64,000 nucleotides of DNA from Phoronis australis (taxonomy: Eukaryota > Animalia > Phoronida), in assembly GCA_002633005.1 (NCBI GenBank), contig NMRA01000167.1, positions 222,432 through 286,431 on the forward strand. Reading direction: 5' to 3'. This document shows positions 39,229-51,290 of the stretch, piece after piece. Made by a program: the position numbers and the translations under genes. The number at the start of each line of letters is the position of its first letter. The first letter of the stretch is position 1. The notes below the pieces were generated by a model, which was not told the DNA's origin, made no database searches, and saw only the letters and a list, made by a program, of their open reading frames with translations.

Positions 39229-39620
39229 CAGAAATCATGTGTGTGTCAAAACACACAAACATTGCACAACATAGCGGACCAAGATACATCAGTTTAGTTT
39301 TTGTAGTTAGTTGCAGCAATTACGCAAACCAGAAAGGCATCTTGCAGCAGATGGTGCAGTAAACGCAGTGTATAACTCACCATTAACCAATCAGTATGTT
39401 CGCAATAATCAGATAATTGACCTTTTCACAGTGGTACCTCCCATGGCTCTGGGAAAGAGTGTAAACACAGATATGACATTGCTCCTCTTAAATCTTTGTA
39501 GAGGCGTGATGTGACTAAACCCTTACATTACTGCATATACGAGTGTGCACTGACTGACTTTCGCTTATAGCAATCCCGTCTTAGCGTAATTTCTCAGTCA
39601 TGTCATTTACATTCATTATA

Positions 39621-39853
39621 GAAGAGGCTGTGAGGCCCAGTGTGATTGGTGCCCGCATTCTTTACTCGAGGTCGTAGATTCGAGTCCCACTGTGGGTCAC
39701 ACTGCTACACTCTTGAGTCAGGTTACTAGCTCTTCAGCTCAGTTTTAACTATATATTAATAATTAATGCATAAAAATGGCTCCAGGCGATCAGTGCAATT
39801 AATGGGCCCCCATGCGCACGTGTACCAGAACACCTGCAATAATTATTTTTTAT
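39621..39853 (+). mobile_element. tRNA-derived SINE, copy 2 (inverted relative to copy 1)
   Basis: tctttactcgaggtc..gattcgagtcccac..ggtcacactgcta..cttgag..gatcagtgcaat..cacctgcaat matches copy 1. Confidence 0.8.
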
Positions 39854-39872
39854 ACATTCCTTATTCACTTAC

Positions 39873-39945
39873 CTGTAATTTACTTTATTTGGCATTGGAG
39901 TGAAATCTTTACACACAGATATGCAGAGTATGGCGATCTGAAATA
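39873..39945 (-). CDS. DOLK: Dolichol kinase exon
   Basis: (V)FQIAILCISVCKDFTPMPNKVNY(R); donor AG|gtaagt; the frame is kept only with the cttttctaag acceptor. Confidence 0.7.
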
Positions 39946-41137
39946 CTTAGAAAAGTATGACCTATTACTTTCATTTGGAAAATTTTAAATTGTGATCACT
40001 TCATGGACAGGTATAAAACTCTGGGAGTTAGAAAAGTGTAGATTTTGGCGAGTCACACACATTTCATTGAGATTATCAAAATATTGACATTAAGAAAAAT
40101 AAAAAATTGAATCATTGAACTCTCAAAAAGAAATAGAAATTAATCATGTCTGTATTTGTAGAACGACACTAAGTGGCTTTCCTCAATTTCTTTTTAGGGA
40201 TGTAGGACCTTGGTAATAATGAGGCAGAATCAATGAAACAGAATACTGGCTGTGGACTCTGTAACTTTCTAGTTTTAGGTTATAAAAGTCACAATTCAAA
40301 AACCTAACCACGTGTACTTTTCACAAGCTTTTCAAATATTGAAAACTTTCAAAATGAGAAAACACTATTGTCGTTCCAGTGTTTACCACCAAGTTTATGA
40401 CAGACAATTTTACAACTGATTACCCATGTTCAGCTCCAGAGAAAAACAACAACAGCTGAAGCTGAATAGTTTCTTTGAAAATAGTGGCGGATTTTTAAGG
40501 TTAGCGAACCATTCAAGTTGCTCAAACTTGACCGGCGAGGGTGTCGGCAAACTATTCGGCTCATGTTGATGTCTCAAACACTTTCAGGTAGCGGAAGCTG
40601 CTCTGTGTCTCACATCGAAACGAGCAAGTTAGTGAAAATTCCACATTTTGCTGACTACTCATGGTCTCAAGCCTAACTTCTATGGAATTTTCTTATTTTA
40701 GATGTATTGGGCTTACCAAATAGTCCTGGCAAAGTCTTAAGTTAGCAAAATAAGAAAACCTGAGTTTAATCACGCAAATGTGGGCCCATCAAATGACAGG
40801 TGAAATGCAGACTTTTCGTGCCATATCGCATCACCGCGAGATACCAGCACATGCAAAAAATGGCCAATAACAATACAATGAATAGGGGTATAGAGCACCA
40901 TGTTATTCGCAGACGTTTGAATTAAAAGGTAAATCTCATGGTGACGTAAACGAAAGAAAACAAATATGCCCAATAGTTCGTTACACTTGACACTAATGGT
41001 CAGTGGCAATAGTGGGATCAGAGCGATGCTCTTAACATACTTCAGGAAGCAAATTAACAGGTGTCACCAATCAGGAAAGGCTTTAAGCAGTAAAGATAGC
41101 ACAAAATGCATATAATCATTTAAATTATCTGACTCAC

Positions 41138-41295
41138 CAAAGAAGAATATCACAAAGTGTGACAGTCCCCCAACCGTTTCTAGCATTTTACAGACACCTG
41201 TACAGACAAGAAGGATTAGGCACTCGCAGACACATGTTCGCAGAAAAAAAGAACAATCTGTCTTCAAAGTCTCCATTCTTCGGAAAGGAAATGAT
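41138..41295 (-). CDS. DOLK: Dolichol kinase N-terminal exon (alternative start ATG at 41276)
   Basis: METLKTDCSFFLRTCVCECLILLVCTG...VIFFF; tctgctttcag acceptor and G|gtgagt donor. Confidence 0.7.
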
Positions 41296-42388
41296 CTGAA
41301 AGCAGAGGGGTGTTGTGTTGACACCAAGGTCATAAGAGAAAACATGCAAGAACTACTGTCTCGTTGCATGACGGCATTTTCCCATTAAGTAACTTTACTA
41401 GACATAGAGGGTTGTGAGCATGTGATAACATCTAGCTTCTTTAACTGCCAAGCACAGTCTTTTGTCTGGTATGACAACAGGCAGGCCAATTATCTACCAG
41501 GCCACTTGTGAACACAGGCAAAACCAGAGCGAATTGGTAGGCCTACGTTCGGAAAGAATAGATTGTCGTAACTTCGATTGTAGTTGAGAGATTTTGGCGA
41601 TTCAAAAACTAAACATGATCACCATTTGACGAGGATTTCAGAAATGCTATGGGTTTATGTTCAAATATGTTATAACTTGACTTTTATTTTTAACAGCATA
41701 GACCACTCGGGCTTGGAGATTAGAGCCATTATGGAACAAAAGAGATCTGGCCCTCTAACCATGAAATGCCAGAATGGAGTTAATCAGTCCTGTAAGATAT
41801 TGGCTACAGCGGTCACCTTCCCAACTTTGTTGTTGCTATAGAATCAAACAACATGGAGCAACGGAAAACGCCGGAATGGATTCAAGTAAGACAGTCTACT
41901 ACGTTTTCTTTAACCTAAAATGTATCCGATCAACAAAATAAGCTTTAGTTCTGGATCACTTCGCTAATAATTATACTGAAAGACGTTGAAGAAAAATAAT
42001 GTTCTCAATTGTTGTTCAGATTTATCCTGTGATAATTTTGAAAGTATATATATAGAACAGCTGTTTGGTACTTAAATCACCAAAAGAATTTTGGTGGTGT
42101 TTCTGCCTGGCCAGGTTAGGTGCCCCAGATGATCACGGAGATTAATAAATAGCTTAAGGTATTTATAACATGACTTCGATGTTTCAGTCAGTGTGAGACA
42201 CAATTTGCCAAAAAGCATCTGGTGTATGAAGCTTCTATAGGACTCAGTATACTATAGCCATAGGAGCTACAACGCCTCTATTACTCAACTAGTCACTGCA
42301 TGGCAGCTGATCACTGCCTATAGTTTGAGACGGACGAAACAAACTCCCAAATGTTAGCGCGTAGGAGTTGTGTTATGTCGTTATTTAC

Positions 42389-42411
42389 CTGACCGAGTCA
42401 ATTTCCAACAT
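42389..42411 (-). CDS. DOLK: Possible first coding segment of dolichol kinase (MLEIDSV); may instead be 5' UTR
   Basis: ATG TTG GAA ATT GAC TCG GTC AG|gtaaat is in frame with the next exon. Confidence 0.45.
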
Positions 42412-43007
42412 TAAAAATGTCACCTTTCAATTGAAAATGACCAGGAGATAAAAACTGACTCCGGCTGTGGCTGGCAATAGCTCTCAGCAGACGAAAATTT
42501 CGACTGCCAGGTGGGAAAGCAGAAAACGGAAGTCACAAAACCACCATGTTCAACATATGTTGGTACCAGATAACAGCAACACCACTTATTTTACAACTAA
42601 CGGTCCGATTTCGATTGCGAAGTCAAACCAGACATGAAAAAGATAACTCTTGTGCTGAGTTGTGCAGCTAGCACGGCTGTGACCCTCTCGACTCCATTCT
42701 TGTACAGATTGTTGTAAGCGACCTTCAGTTAGACACGAAACCCGTCTGTCTCAATTCGACGTCGTCTATGAACAGTTCCCTTTTCTTAAAGTTAATTACT
42801 TATCATTTGAAACCACACAGATTGATACTTGACTACAAAATATCTAGATTTTATTAAATTTCTATGACCACATGCTGAAACAGCAAGTTTTAAACATGGT
42901 CCTTTAACACAAGTAAGGCGGGAGATTCGACACTTCAAGCTAGGTCGTGTTTTTAAATATTTTATGACATCGTCCGCAAGTGGACATGCGCAGTCAGAGT
43001 CACAAAC
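42412..43007. promoter_or_regulatory. Probable bidirectional promoter and 5' UTRs shared by DOLK and PTPN9
   Basis: Divergent first exons about 0.6 kb apart; ETS-like CGGAAGT (about 42527), E2F-like GGCGGGA (about 42917), NRF1-like CATGCGCA (about 42985). Confidence 0.6.
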
Positions 43008-43040
43008 ATGTCGGCCAACTTGAGTCCGGAAGAGGAGCAG
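43008..43040 (+). CDS. PTPN9: Tyrosine-protein phosphatase non-receptor type 9 (PTP-MEG2), exon 1
   Basis: caaacATG then MSANLSPEEEQ|gtgcgt; resembles the PTPN9 N-terminal L(T/S)PEEEQ; phase 0 matches the exon at 61580. Confidence 0.85.
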
Positions 43041-45281
43041 GTGCGTATAGTTTGACGATTTTCGCCACTTGTTCTGTTAATTCTAAAAAATTTTTGGCAC
43101 GTTAGGTGTAAGTTTTTACAGACACGCTAAAAATCCTTTCCACCAATGTCGGCATTTACCAAAAACGCATGTAACTGGTCTCTATATGTTGTTTCCTACT
43201 TCCGTCTAAGCTAAGGCTAAGCTTCACTGACTTGTCAAATCATGAATTCACGGAAATAGAATATGTCATCGACAAGAGTTTGTCCTTCGTCTTCACGCCG
43301 GTCCCAGGGCATATGGAGCTCTATATAGAGAAGTGTACCAGGTTGGTCCCAGTGAATATTCAAATGTGGAAATGTGTGAATTGTGAAATATTATAGGTTC
43401 ATCATTAATTAGCTTCATATCATCTGGATCAAGAAAGTCCAAAGCCAAAGAACACAAATCTTATAGTATTCCTTTGGATATCTTCACATTCATTTTGCAA
43501 AGTGTCTGCCATCATGTCACATGCTCTGCTGAAGTCTTGCGCTTTTATGGCCTACTAATAAGGAGGACAACGTTTTTTTTTTAAATTTTTTTTTGCAATA
43601 CCCATGTTTCATACATTTTTGAAAAGCCCTTGGTGTGAGAAATGCAATGGTGCAAAAATCAGAAACAATGGGTGAGTGGTTCAAGAAAATGGCCGTTGAA
43701 ACGCGACGCTTGTGCGTAAAATATCTGCCTTTTTACATAATTTCGTAAAAAATAAAAGAATATACATGTGCTGCTGCAAATTGTCTCATTGAGACAAACG
43801 TGGTGTGTATTATATAAAATTTGGATCGATTTCTACAGAGATATTGCTGTTTAAATATGTTGTTAGCATATGGAACAGGCTCATCATCAACCTCATGTTT
43901 GATGAAAACAATGGATTACACAGCTTAAAAGGTAAAGAGCAAAAAACAACACATCAGCTCAGAAACGAATACATCTGAGCTAGGAGGAAATTTCACATCA
44001 AACCACAAGACAACATTGGTGGATTTGGGGAGGGGCCAGCCTGAGCCTGTGCCCCCCCCCTAAAACTCCCAGATTTCATTTGGCAGTTTGAGGGTGCAAA
44101 TATCTTACGATTAAAATCCTGCGTAATACTCTGTCCTGGCCCCCCTCCTATCTAAAAATCCTAGATCTGCCCTTGAATATTACTACATGGGCAACACATC
44201 ATGGCCTGACAGGGGGCTGGGGTCGCTGGGAAAGGTATATCTCCCCCACTATTTCAGTGCTGGGTGCCACCCATGTACTATTAGATCGTATCATAGCAAA
44301 AAACATCAGAAAGTAGACAAAAGACCATTTGGGAAAGCAAACCACTCTTAACATGAAGGATTTCATCATATACACAACAAAAACTCTTTGTAACAACTTT
44401 ATTTCGAATGGTGAAGTTGCGATGCCATTGAACTCCAACGTAGCCGCTCATGGCGCTGACGTGCGGCAACTTAGTGAACTAACGACTGCTGTTTGAAAAG
44501 TGCCAATGCGCAGCAGTTTGACAGAATTTCTGAAAAAGAAATAATCACCAATTAAAAGAGTGATAAATTCTTCGTCTAAAAATCGGGGGTCATATTGTGC
44601 AACTGGAAAAACATCAATCTCCTGACCGATCAAAATTAGGCCTTCCGGACAATCGAAAACTCGCCACGAAAACTTGGCCTTGACTTCGAGAAAACAACTT
44701 GAGGAGATGGGCACGCATCTAAACTATATCCTGTCCAAATTTCATGTTTGTATTCGTTAGTATAGTGCTCTTTTGGACACGAGGAACAAGAGGCACTTTT
44801 TCTAAAGTTGATCGTATGGCAGAAAATCGTACGCTAAAAAAAGCTTCCAAAAATGATTTATCAGCGATAATTCGAGACAAAAAGATTACAAACTTACAAA
44901 TAAAGACTAAGGTAACAATTTATAACACATAATTGTCTTATAGTTAACTTTGAAGTTTGAAATCGGGTAATTTACTGACGTGGGTTTTACACAGAGGCAG
45001 ATAGGGAGCACCGTGACCTACTTTTCGATTGTCCTCCCTACTACTAAGTAACTCGCTTGAGATCGATTGAAATACTTTGTGGTTATTGGATGCTGAAAAA
45101 GTTATTGGCAATCAAAAGAGTGGAGTTGGAATTTTTCACTGAAGTCATCTTACTAGTAATTCCTGTAGACATGCTTCATGAAGGATAAATGAACTAGTTT
45201 AGAACCGAAAGTTGATTTTGTGAGTACTTGTCTGAGCTTGGAAAAGTTAAAGACATCAGTGGCCTCCTAGGGATTGATCTA

Positions 45282-48200
45282 CCGTAAACGTTCGTGTTAA
45301 TGCCCATGCTCAGTTAACCGCCCATCCCCTACTTTCGGTGGATTTTCGATTTAACCGCCCACTGCTCGGTTAACCGCCCCTCTGCGATTTTTGAAGATTT
45401 CCAGTTTAGTGCCCACCTCTCGGTTAAGCGCCCATCCCCGACTTTTTAAGATTGAAGATTTAGCGCCCAGTGTTAGGAAACGCGCGATTCCCGGCTTTTA
45501 GATACAGATGATGATCACAACGAGCGCAACTACGCTGGGCCTCCATGACGGCAGTTTGGCAATGTGAATTACAATACAAGTAACGAATTATTGTCCCGGG
45601 TCATGGACTTACTTCAAAATATAATACTTGAATGTTTTTGTCATTTTATTTTCTTTCCATGTTTGCAAAGTTTAAGAACCCCACCGGTCTGCCGCGCTGA
45701 GTTTCCGTCTGCAGTGCACTAGGTGAAACATATTCAAAATAATCGGACCAGAGAAATGTGACAATGGTTTTGCCAACCCTCCAAATTCTCTTTAGGTGGG
45801 AAGCTCTGGTATTTTGAAGAATTAATTCCTATAACTCACGGAATATGTCAAATTCTCCCTACTTTGATGAATGTTATTGCCAGGTTATCGAGGATGTGTG
45901 GCTACCAAAGGGACAGTGTGCCTCCAGGCCTTCATGCAGCCTACATCCTGGGCGTCCAATGTAGACGCCCTGGCAAGGACGCCCAATGTATCATTTGGAT
46001 GCTGTGTCAATCAGAATTTCTCCAGTTTGGACACCCACATTGAAAGATTACTAAGACTCCCAGTTAATCAAAGGGGGAAGTTGTCCCTTTCAACTGGGAA
46101 AGAGATATACAAAGTATTTAAAATGTTGCAATATTCAAACTATTTTCAAACTATTTGGTAGACCTGTCAATCATTAGCACATGGTTGGTTGCCAGAGTGT
46201 CTGCTTTCAATAGACTCACATGCCACTGCCATTCTGTACTTTATATAGGGACATGGACCTTGCTTAACTCCAAACTGGTGTTTCAGAGCTGTAATTTCAC
46301 GTACTTCATCTTTTTTTAAAAATACCAAAAGCAAAATAAATGTCATTACTTTTATAATATGATGTGCCACATGAATATCCCCATTTAAAATGTTTGAGTT
46401 TTGGCCTGTTTCATGCTTTTCTATGTGCGTCTAAAATGGAACAGCAGTGACACCTGTTGTCAAAATATAAACCACACATCATCTGTGCATTTTTCTTTTG
46501 AGCTTTGATGACTCATTGTACAGAATATAAAGCTAGTGAAGTTGATATAATAAACTTTATAACAGAATTTGACTTGAGATGACCAAAAACAGTGCACTCA
46601 TCGTTCAACCAATATCTGTAATATCTGTAATACCCGTTTGGCAAGCTATTTGGCTGTTTTTGTAAATTTAAACATAAAAGTCTTGATCAACAGTTTTTTA
46701 GTACTTAAAAAAGCCCAATACAAGGGAGCTGTTTTTGTAAACTTAGGTGTAAAAGCCTTGTTCAACGCATTTTTTAATTGTAAAAAAACCTCACTGTGTG
46801 TGTTGGGGGGGGGGGGGTTACTGGTGAATGGGGTGGGGAGGGGGGGGGGTAATGCGGCGTTGGAATCATGGACGCCCTGGAATATTGGGAACCCCATTTT
46901 GGACACCCTATGTTCGAAATCCTAGATGAAGCCCTGTGTGCCTCACTGGGTTACTGATTTGCTGCCTCTCGATTTCTGAGTTCAGTGGTTAGCAATATGT
47001 TACTGTATGTTTGTGTATCATCTTGAAGTAATAAAAAACTTCTAGTCAAATTTTATTTTTCGCTTATTGCATCTCAGTCAAACTAGCATTAGCATATTCA
47101 ACTAATGTTGCTGGCTCTTCTTAGGCTACGATTTTTTGCGTCAACCCCCGCCTGACTGTGAATTATCGCTTATACCGTTTTTAGCCATCCAGAATAATTT
47201 TGTTTCTACATTAGCCAGTTTCAGCCTGAACAAAATTCTTACCATTTGAGCCTGAAATATCTACGACGCAGACTCACTGAAAATTGGCAATAGTTGGTAG
47301 GAGATAAACTCGGGCCTTGTGAACATCAAGCCGGAAAATGTCGAAGTAGACTTGACATCGCAGTTTTGGGGGACATCGGAACGGAGGAATGTCATAAAGC
47401 ACTGGGTCTTTCCTAACAACAGCTTAATAGTACAGCGTCACGCCGGTTTCTTTTACTTAGTATTGTCGCTGTTCTCTTTTGATGTGTAACTTTGTAGTGG
47501 TGCACGCGCGTAAGTTCCCACACTGAGTGCATGTTACTTTCACACTAAGGCGTGATTGACAGGTGACTCACTTGTAGGCCCTACGTGCGTGCTGAATCCC
47601 ACTGCTATATTTGGCCATTAAAAAGGAGACGCACATTGAAAGAATCCGTTATATTGCTTGACAACCTTTTCAAGATTGCTTGCCGGGACATTGTGCGCAT
47701 ACAGCGGGACAGACCAGTGACGCAGTGCGATAGTGTAAGTGATATTATAATAGGATATAATCTGGACATCTTGCATGTAAAATAAATTTGTTTTCCACCA
47801 CAAAGTTGGGTAAGTTGGTCGTTTAAGAATGAATTGAAACGTCGCTGTTTTGTGACGTTTTATCACATATTGATGCCGCGATTCGAACATTTCTTCTTGA
47901 TTGACGACTGGCTCATGTCCGCTTACCCCCTCCCCAATTCATCTCTTCTTTGCCGAGCATGTTTCGCGCAACGGGAAGTGAAAATGCTATTTAGTCACGG
48001 AGTGTCGACTATAAAGATCTCAAACACAAAGAAACACCTGAATTAGTTTTTAGTTTTTCAAACTTTATTACAACTAACTTTAAAACTGCTTTTGACTCAG
48101 AACTTGAAAGCTAGCACGGGACTGTAACCTTGATGTCATCTGTGACCTCTGCAACACGTGACATTTGCACGCGTGCACTTTTGCAGTGTCACCGCTTGCA

Positions 48201-48623
48201 ATCCAAGTGGACTGCTGCGTGGTCACTGGTCGTCTGCGCACTACAGTTCTTACAAACTAAGGCATGGGTCTATTACTTTGCAATTTTTTAAATTTAATTG
48301 TGAATGACTGAAGGCGACAGAACCTTTGTTGGGATCATCCGCTGTTATGAAGTTTTTACCATCATTTGGCGACGTGACGATAAAGCTCTTTGAAAAGTGC
48401 TATGCGTTCCGAGTACATGTGTCATGTAGGGTCTTAGATCATGAGGTAAGATTAACCACCCAGGGCGGTTGTCTGTCATAATAAGCGCCCATGTTCGGTT
48501 AACCGCCCACCCTGGATTTCTTGAAATTTCATGTTTAAGCGCCCATGTCTGGTTAACTGCCCAACCCCGATTTTTTGGGTTAGCCAATTTAGCCGCCTAG
48601 GGCGTTAACCTGAACGTTTACGG
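45282..48623. mobile_element. 3.3-kb non-autonomous Tc2/pogo-like element with TA TSD, about 24-bp TIRs, subterminal ttaaccgccc arrays and a nested insertion
   Basis: ta|ccgtaaacgttcgtgttaatgccc ... gggcgttaacctgaacgtttacgg|ta; no transposase ORF visible. Confidence 0.75.
45900..46939 (-). mobile_element. Interspersed element with a CAGGGC end (hAT-like), nested in the Tc2-like element; inverted, internally deleted copy at 50803-51290
   Basis: ggatttcgaa.atagggtgtccaaaatgg and tccaaatgatacattgggc blocks are shared in opposite orientation; short end fragments at about 51357 and 57470. Confidence 0.6.
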
Positions 48624-49099
48624 TATATTTGAAAGGTACTTCAGTGTTCTCTTTAACCTGTTTTGACTTGTCAATGTGTCTAGTTTGCATTTCACCATAA
48701 CAAATTTGGCTTACCCGCATCGATTTTAAAATCCCGGTGAGTTTGAAGTGTTGGGAGACATTTTTGGCATTTGGTGCCAGTTCAGTGCATTTATTTTGTG
48801 TTTCCAGTTGAGCTTTAAAAATGTGTCCTTGTGATTACACATAATAGCTTTAAAGCGACACTTGGTGTGTACCTATCACCAATACCAACGGAGATATTGA
48901 CAGTTTTGTTGTTTAAACGATGATCTCCTTTGCTGTTGCTACGTCGATGAGATAAGTGATACACTTTCATTATTACAACTTTATTTTTCAACTAAACTGT
49001 GTAAAAATAACATTGAAAAGCTCTCCGCTTGGTTTCCAGGGTGCTATATTCATGCACTTGAACTTAAGGCAAAGTTAATTTGATGTAATGAAAGCAGGG

Positions 49100-49225
49100 G
49101 ATCATCTAGTGGTCATGATTGTGGGATCATCTAGTGGTCGTCTTGGTCATTATTGTGGGCTCATCTAGTGGTCGTCTTGGTCATCATTTTGGGCTCATCT
49201 AGCGGCCGTCTTGGTCATCATTGTG
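49100..49225. repeat. About 33-bp minisatellite, about 4 copies (catctagtggtcgtcttggtcat...)
   Basis: Seen directly. Confidence 0.8.
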
Positions 49226-50802
49226 ACGGCCAGTCTTAAAAAATCATGGAATGGATGACATGGCCAAGAGTAAAAGACAACCTTGGCGAAGAATTTTAAC
49301 ATTTCTGGTTACTAAATTTTATAGAAAATTTGTTGTTTTAGTTCAATAAAAATTCAGACATAACAGAGAAGAGCAGTGACCACATGCTCTCGACAGTTGA
49401 TATCAACAAAAGTGTGATAAGTAGCCATGTAAAAATGTCTACAAGAATTTATTAAATTACTTATCGAGCAAGATTCAAGGTTGTGATGCCAAATATTTTT
49501 GGTTTCATTGGAATGTTGATATATGATTTCAACTGTCATAAATTTCCGCTTTTGAAAAACGGTACCGAAGAATATAATAAGCACTTTAGACAATTATCCC
49601 GTGTCTTGCTTGGCGAGCATACGTGATTGATTAAAAACAACTGTGTGCATTTGTGCATGCCAGTGTATATGAATGTTCTTTCCCATCACATATACGTGCT
49701 GTACATGTTTCTGATTCATTCGATTTATATTACATAAAAAATTAATTCGTAAATTTCTCATAATGTGAGTGATGAAGGCTTGAAAGCATGAAAATTGCAG
49801 TTTGACTGAACATGTGGACAGGAACTAGTGGAAGTAGGCAACTTTTACCGACTTAAAATTGAATCTCGTACAACTTTAAAGAAAAAATCTTAGAAACATT
49901 ACATCTTTTAGAGCATTCATGGGACCAAGTCTACCATTTATGAAGCTATCAGAGGAATATAAGATTATCTACAAACTTAGTACTCAGTTTCATGCACATG
50001 ATATTGCATGGTAGTTCACTTTTGTTGGGCTCCAGGAACAATGCATCTCATTATTTAAGTGAAAGGGTATCCTGTTACTTGTCTGGAATCCATGGCAGGC
50101 TTTTTCCAATGGCCAACAGGTGCCGCAACTGCATTTCTAACATGCCAAAACTAAACAAAGTGCCTCCCTTTGGTGTGGGTCTTAATAACCCCATGTATAT
50201 TAAATGATGAAAAGCTTAATTCGGTCTGCGTAATAGGAAGTGCTTAGTAGGCTAAAATTGAAAATTAAATTAGATTTAGACTTTCGTATAATATCAGTGT
50301 TCTCCACGGCTTCACGCTAACAAGTTTGAAATTAATCATGACCGGTTTGATTATCGTGCGTCAGGCTTTAACGTTTGTGTGTTGAGTCAAAAATAAAGCC
50401 TGTTAGAGTCAATTCAGCACTCGTGCAACCAAACAAGGTTTGGATTTTTCACATACAGTAAAATGCAAAAATCAAAGCAGGAGTGGGCACCACACCATTC
50501 ACAAAGTCACCGTGCACATGTCCGACTCTTCAAAATCAAGTTCAAAATTAGCCTTGAATTTCCGTGTCCCAAGTTTTATAGGCTGCCCAGTCTTGAGAAT
50601 TTTTACTGTTTGTGGTACTTGTATTCCTGTAGTAGATGGTTTGTATTGTCTTCAATGTTGAGCTTTAGACTTGCTGACTGGAGTGATTTCCCTGACAGCT
50701 TGTATTTGTAAAGTAAAAAGCAATACTTGACGAGAGCGTATATAGTAAATATGGCATTTGCCTCCATTCTCACTACTAAGCAGTTCACAAAGCTGTGTAT
50801 AC

Positions 50803-51290
50803 AAGCCTTTATCCAGGATTTCGAAAATAGGGTGTCCAAAATGGAGTTCCCGATATTCCATGGCGTCCATGATTCCGACGCGTAGTCCCCCACCCCCAGC
50901 AATCCTCCCAAACACGCATTTTTTTACAAAAATGCATAGACCAAGGTTTTTACATCTAAGTTTACAAAACAGTCATCTGTAGTGAGCATTTTTACTAAAA
51001 AACTGTGTAGACCAAAACTTTTACAATGGTATCAACCAAATGTGAGCATAGCACCATTGTATATACTTTGTATATAAATTGTATATTTCCTCCTGTTTTG
51101 GAAAAAGAGGCACCACTGTGAGTCTTCATAGGCTTCCTAGTAATCATTACAATGTGTGTGTCCAAACTTGAAAGGTTCTGTTGATAGTGGGGTCCAAATG
51201 ATACATTGGGCCTCCTTGCCAGGCCTCCATATTAGTGCTAGCCTCCATTTGGACGCTCAGGACCCACGCTGCATAAAGGCCTATGTGTGT
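50803..51290 (+). mobile_element. Second copy of the 45900-46939 element
   Basis: Reverse-complement similarity at both ends. Confidence 0.6.

Larger units (their letters stand above)
28069..42411 (-). other. DOLK: Dolichol kinase gene span; model join(42411-42389, 41295-41138, 39945-39873, 39069-38990, 37842-37690, 36897-36737, 34992-34894, 33997-33818, 32066-31857, 31589-31427, 29580-29404, 28199-28069) = 1608 nt, 535 aa
   Basis: All junctions are GT-AG and phase-compatible; the conserved DOLK motifs appear in order. Confidence 0.9.
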
